DNA of 64,000 nucleotides from Candidatus Bathyarchaeota archaeon (GTDB lineage: Archaea > Thermoproteota > Bathyarchaeia > Bathyarchaeales > Bathycorpusculaceae), in assembly GCA_963707955.1 (NCBI GenBank), contig OY970176.1:832001-896000 (forward strand), read 5' to 3'. The notes under the pieces were generated by a model. It made no database searches. It saw only the letters and a list, made by a program, of their open reading frames with translations, and had not been told where the DNA came from. Made by a program: the position numbers and the translations under genes. Below are positions 60,333-64,000 of the stretch, piece after piece; position 1 is the first letter of the stretch; every line of letters begins with the position of its first letter.

Positions 60333-61516
60333 CTGATTTGCAGTGTTCTGACTATGGTTTGAAGCGTCCATCTTTTCAATTAGATCCAGAAATGGACAGC
60401 GAGATATTTGTGGGCAGAGAGGACGTAAAGAAACGTTTGGAGGATCGCCTTAAACGCGCAATTGTAACTGGCACGAGTCTTCATACCTTTATATACGGCG
60501 ATTATGGATCAGGCAAGACTCATACTCTGAACTATGTCTACAGGTTCTTGAATAAGCAGGATCTCAATGTCTTGCCTATACTTGTTCGTCAGCCTAGGAT
60601 TACGCAGAAATCCGACCCATCTGACTTGTATGCGAGCATTGTTTCGGCAGTCTCAATTTCCGAGATTTTCACCTTGTTTGTTAGGGTACACGACTCCGTT
60701 CAGACCAAACTTAAAGATATAACCGACTTGTACAAACGCGTAGAAGTACTGCGAGGAGTGGTTGAGAATAGAGATTTGTCATTCATCATAAACAATTATG
60801 TTACGAACAGACCGATCGAAGATTATGCCGTGGTCAAGTGGCTTTCGGGCGAAAAGATGGCGGCTAGAGAGAAGGCCGTTTTGAATGTTGTCACGGACAA
60901 CTCTGATCCTTATGTAGCTATCCAGACACTTTTAGCTCTCGTTAAGCTATTTAACAAGATAGGGAAAAAATACGTTTTGTTAATGCTTGACGAGATGGAA
61001 TCTTTGCAAATGATAAGCAGCGAGAAAAAACAAATGCCTTTTGAGGAATTCCTACGGATCCTCACGAGCGAAGATAAAGGACTTGGGGTCCTGTTGGCTC
61101 ACACTACGAAACAAGCCCTAGAAGATGTGACGCCGATGTTTAAAAGCAACACGGCAATAGGTACAAGAATTGGCTATCCGCAGAATTACATTTATCTCAA
61201 ACAATTTGAAGACATGGAATCAATGAAGACCTTTGCGCGGCAGCTCATCAGCGCGTTGAGGGACCCAAAAATCGACGTAAAAGCTCTGGCAAAGAAAAAT
61301 CAGAGCAATACAAACGAACACCTAGCTCTTGATTTCTATCCCTTTACAGAGGAAGCAATTGAAGCAATACACCAATTATCTCAGGGTAGTGGCATGATAA
61401 AACTGTTACTGCCGCGGGACATTCAAAAAGTCATGACGGATAGTCTGGGGGATGCGATGATTCAAAACAGGGCTTTCGTCGATCAAGAAATTGTCTCAAA
61501 GATCATGTCAACCTGA
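60317..61516 (+). CDS. AAA+ ATPase (BrxD/DUF2791-like)
   Basis: FVGRE, GDYGSGKT, LMLDEME, YPFTEEAI and LPRD motifs. Confidence 0.85.
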   Translation: MRDLVTDLQCSDYGLKRPSFQLDPEMDSEIFVGREDVKKRLEDRLKRAIVTGTSLHTFIYGDYGSGKTHTLNYVYRFLNKQDLNVLPILVRQPRITQKSDPSDLYASIVSAVSISEIFTLFVRVHDSVQTKLKDITDLYKRVEVLRGVVENRDLSFIINNYVTNRPIEDYAVVKWLSGEKMAAREKAVLNVVTDNSDPYVAIQTLLALVKLFNKIGKKYVLLMLDEMESLQMISSEKKQMPFEEFLRILTSEDKGLGVLLAHTTKQALEDVTPMFKSNTAIGTRIGYPQNYIYLKQFEDMESMKTFARQLISALRDPKIDVKALAKKNQSNTNEHLALDFYPFTEEAIEAIHQLSQGSGMIKLLLPRDIQKVMTDSLGDAMIQNRAFVDQEIVSKIMST

Positions 61517-61530
61517 TTTGAATTGAACCG

Positions 61531-62649
61531 TTAAGCTCGGATGTATCTTCTTCCTGGAATACGCGTAGAGAAATCGAATTTCCTAACCTTTGCTAGTTGC
61601 ACAATCTTTTCCCCATACTCAGCATAGCTCAGACTCTTCGAAAAATCAAGAGAAGAAGCAAGTATCGAAAAGTACAGATCCTCATATGGTATCATGATTA
61701 GTCCAATGTATTTGTAGAATGCTGTGAAGTGAGAGAATTGTCTTTCGAATTCTTCATCAGTCAAGGCGACTAGTCCCTTTCCGTAATTCTCTGCTAGAAG
61801 GATTCCAAGGTTGTTTTCCTTGTCATCGAGGAGTTTTGATACTGCTTTGTCGTCTAACGAGGTCAATTGTTTCTTGAAATCCTTGGCGAGATCACTTAGG
61901 CTAAACTCAGAGCGTTCCTTCATAACAAAACCTGTATCCCTAAGAAAGTGCAATCTGGGGTAAATCTGGCTCTCTCTATGGATTTTGCCATATCCACCTT
62001 CCTTCTCGCTTTTTGCAAATCTGGCTTTCTCTGCTGCATAGAAATTGCGTCTGGTCGAATTTAATTCAATTTGGGCCTTTCTCTCATACCACTTGCTTAC
62101 AGCTGCAAAATATCGATCCTGCAAATCTGATTCAGTGACACTGTCATCCATACACTGAATAAGAGGAATTGTCCCATCCGGGTCTGACGATAGAAGAGCA
62201 TTTGCAAAGACAAATTGCTCGGACCGTGGTAACTTTGCAACTAATCCCCTAGTCCTAAGCATCTCCTCTTTTTTCTGAGGGTCAAGAAATAGAGGTTTTC
62301 CTTTGTCATCTGAGTATCTACCCGCAAGATGCCATCCGTACTTACGCCAAATGTTTATCTCTGGTTTGATAAAACCTAGATTTTGCGCTAACAAGACATG
62401 GCCCATTGCGATAGAATCCTTGCTTGCGACAACGGTCTTGTCGCCAATACCGCTCCCTGACACGGAAAGATTCGTTTCAGGATCCTCATTCCACTTGTAC
62501 TCTTCCCTGTATTTCCTGACAGTTTCCTTGTATTTTGCGACCAATTGAGATGTAAAAATGTAACTCGATGGAAATGTCAGCAGCACAATTACCTTTATGA
62601 AGCCCAACCTTTTCAGCGGTAGACTGAGATTTATGAAACGCTCGATCAT
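61531..62649 (-). CDS. Hypothetical protein of the defence-like island
   Basis: About 372-aa ORF with possible winged-helix segments; start uncertain. Confidence 0.7.
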   Translation of the reverse strand: MIERFINLSLPLKRLGFIKVIVLLTFPSSYIFTSQLVAKYKETVRKYREEYKWNEDPETNLSVSGSGIGDKTVVASKDSIAMGHVLLAQNLGFIKPEINIWRKYGWHLAGRYSDDKGKPLFLDPQKKEEMLRTRGLVAKLPRSEQFVFANALLSSDPDGTIPLIQCMDDSVTESDLQDRYFAAVSKWYERKAQIELNSTRRNFYAAEKARFAKSEKEGGYGKIHRESQIYPRLHFLRDTGFVMKERSEFSLSDLAKDFKKQLTSLDDKAVSKLLDDKENNLGILLAENYGKGLVALTDEEFERQFSHFTAFYKYIGLIMIPYEDLYFSILASSLDFSKSLSYAEYGEKIVQLAKVRKFDFSTRIPGRRYIRA

Positions 62650-62745
62650 CAAGATACACTGTACAGTGAAAGATACATATAAAAAAGAGTGTTTGAGAAC
62701 TAGCAATAATGAGAGTTCAGTAATGTTACCCCTTTGCTTGAGTTC

Positions 62746-64000
62746 TTAAGGTATGTATTTCAAAAGACCTGCCTCGGGCGGGGTTGCTTTTTCAATGATA
62801 TTACACAAATCCCCATAGCCTTTGCTCCTGATGATCGTGAACCGATCGTCCCAGAGGTTATGAAGTGCTTTTCGATACTTCTCTCCTGCAATTACAACTA
62901 TTTTATCATGTTCTTTGAGTAATTCTCCCAACTTCTTTTCGACAGCGGGTTGGATATCTAGAACATCTTGTTCATTGCTGAGGATTTTTTCGTAACCACC
63001 AATGATGTCGTTCGGCAAGAGCAAGCCGTATTTTGCAGAGATGATTACGTAGTTGAACCCCATTGCTTGACAATATCTCCTAACACACTTGAACAATCGG
63101 CCTTGGTACATCTCTTGGGCAGTTGTTCTGACGTTAATACGGTAACCGAGTTTCCTTTTGCTACACTCCGTTACGACGAGAACGTTGTCGCCTTTCTTCA
63201 AAGACGAAAGCTCTGTTCCGGGTTTTTTTTCTCTCCAGTTCATGAATGCAGCCCATAGTTTCGGGTTCTTGAAGACACTGTGAAAAACATATGTATTGTG
63301 AAAACCTCGACGGCGATTACGGTTATTTCCCCTGAATATCACCACCTCGATGCCGGCTTGTCTGCATATTGGGCAACCGCATGATTTCCAGGGCTTATCT
63401 TCCAAGGTTCTGCGGTAAAAAGGTAACAACTCAGGACTCTCGCCTATGGCTTTGTTGAATCTAAACAAGACCAACATTACTTCATCAATACTTGCTTCAT
63501 TTCCATCATACAACCTCAGAGTCTTCAAACTCTCTTGCTCGAGGTTTTTCAACCGGGGAAGAGCAAAACCGGCAGGCAGTTTCTTCGCTCTCTGTGCCCT
63601 CAATTTATTCGTGAAAGGAATCCTTATCGCCGTATAACCTTTCCCTTCAGGATTCAGATAGTTAAGTTGAGACATGGGGGCAGACAACCAAGCCTTACGA
63701 AGATATGAAGCTGAGTCAAATCCAACTCTAACCCCCAAATTCTCCAGTTCCTGGAAGCGCGGAAACAAAGCAGTTCTTGCTAAACCGAAAAAGTGAAGAT
63801 AAGTGGGCATTTTCTTTGAGTGGCTTATCTCAACGAGCAGCTCATCTATCAACTTCGCTATGAATGGAGTCAACGATCGTGAAAGACCGCCAAACGCTAA
63901 GTGTGAAGCACCCATGCCAACGTAGTTCTTGTACATCTTGATGTAGTCTGAGATATCCCAACCTTGAATGGCCACTACAAGTTGAAAATCATCGATGTAT
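62746..64000 (-). CDS. dpdA: DpdA-like DNA transglycosylase (TGT fold) with a C-terminal DUF6884-like domain; 5' end outside window
   Basis: AIQGW, LHFFGLAR, FDSASYLRKAW, YTAIRIP, PWKSCGCPIC and FRGNNRNRRRGFHN motifs; C-terminal ECSKRK...MYQGRLF...IISAKYGLL. Confidence 0.82.
   Translation of the reverse strand, partial: YIDDFQLVVAIQGWDISDYIKMYKNYVGMGASHLAFGGLSRSLTPFIAKLIDELLVEISHSKKMPTYLHFFGLARTALFPRFQELENLGVRVGFDSASYLRKAWLSAPMSQLNYLNPEGKGYTAIRIPFTNKLRAQRAKKLPAGFALPRLKNLEQESLKTLRLYDGNEASIDEVMLVLFRFNKAIGESPELLPFYRRTLEDKPWKSCGCPICRQAGIEVVIFRGNNRNRRRGFHNTYVFHSVFKNPKLWAAFMNWREKKPGTELSSLKKGDNVLVVTECSKRKLGYRINVRTTAQEMYQGRLFKCVRRYCQAMGFNYVIISAKYGLLLPNDIIGGYEKILSNEQDVLDIQPAVEKKLGELLKEHDKIVVIAGEKYRKALHNLWDDRFTIIRSKGYGDLCNIIEKATPPEAGLLKYIP

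Overview
Archaeal genomic window; gene content and protein style are most consistent with Bathyarchaeia (inference). 1-14.5 kb is housekeeping: tyrS end, toprim protein, dnaG, PolB, AOR, pelota, TBP, tRNA thiolation enzyme, GNATs and AK6. The RNase P RNA gene follows at 14853-15171. Its 3' end is repeated at 21247 and 30470, and partially at 51826. These copies bound tandem integrative elements carrying tyrosine integrases, one split across the att site, a HUH rolling-circle Rep, a solo cas1 fragment and a five-copy structured 50-bp repeat. The accessory region (about 16-55 kb) is a mosaic of small genes and gene fragments. Their junctions are very often marked by short (GC)n palindromes (consensus TAGCGCGCGCTA) that are absent from the intact parental genes in the window. 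55.4-64 kb is a compact, apparently intact defence-like island: DpdA-like transglycosylase, PLD, HerA, and AAA+ ATPases, one fused to a Zn ribbon and PIN domain. No tRNA, rRNA or CRISPR array was recognised. All calls come from reading the sequence by eye; no searches were run.
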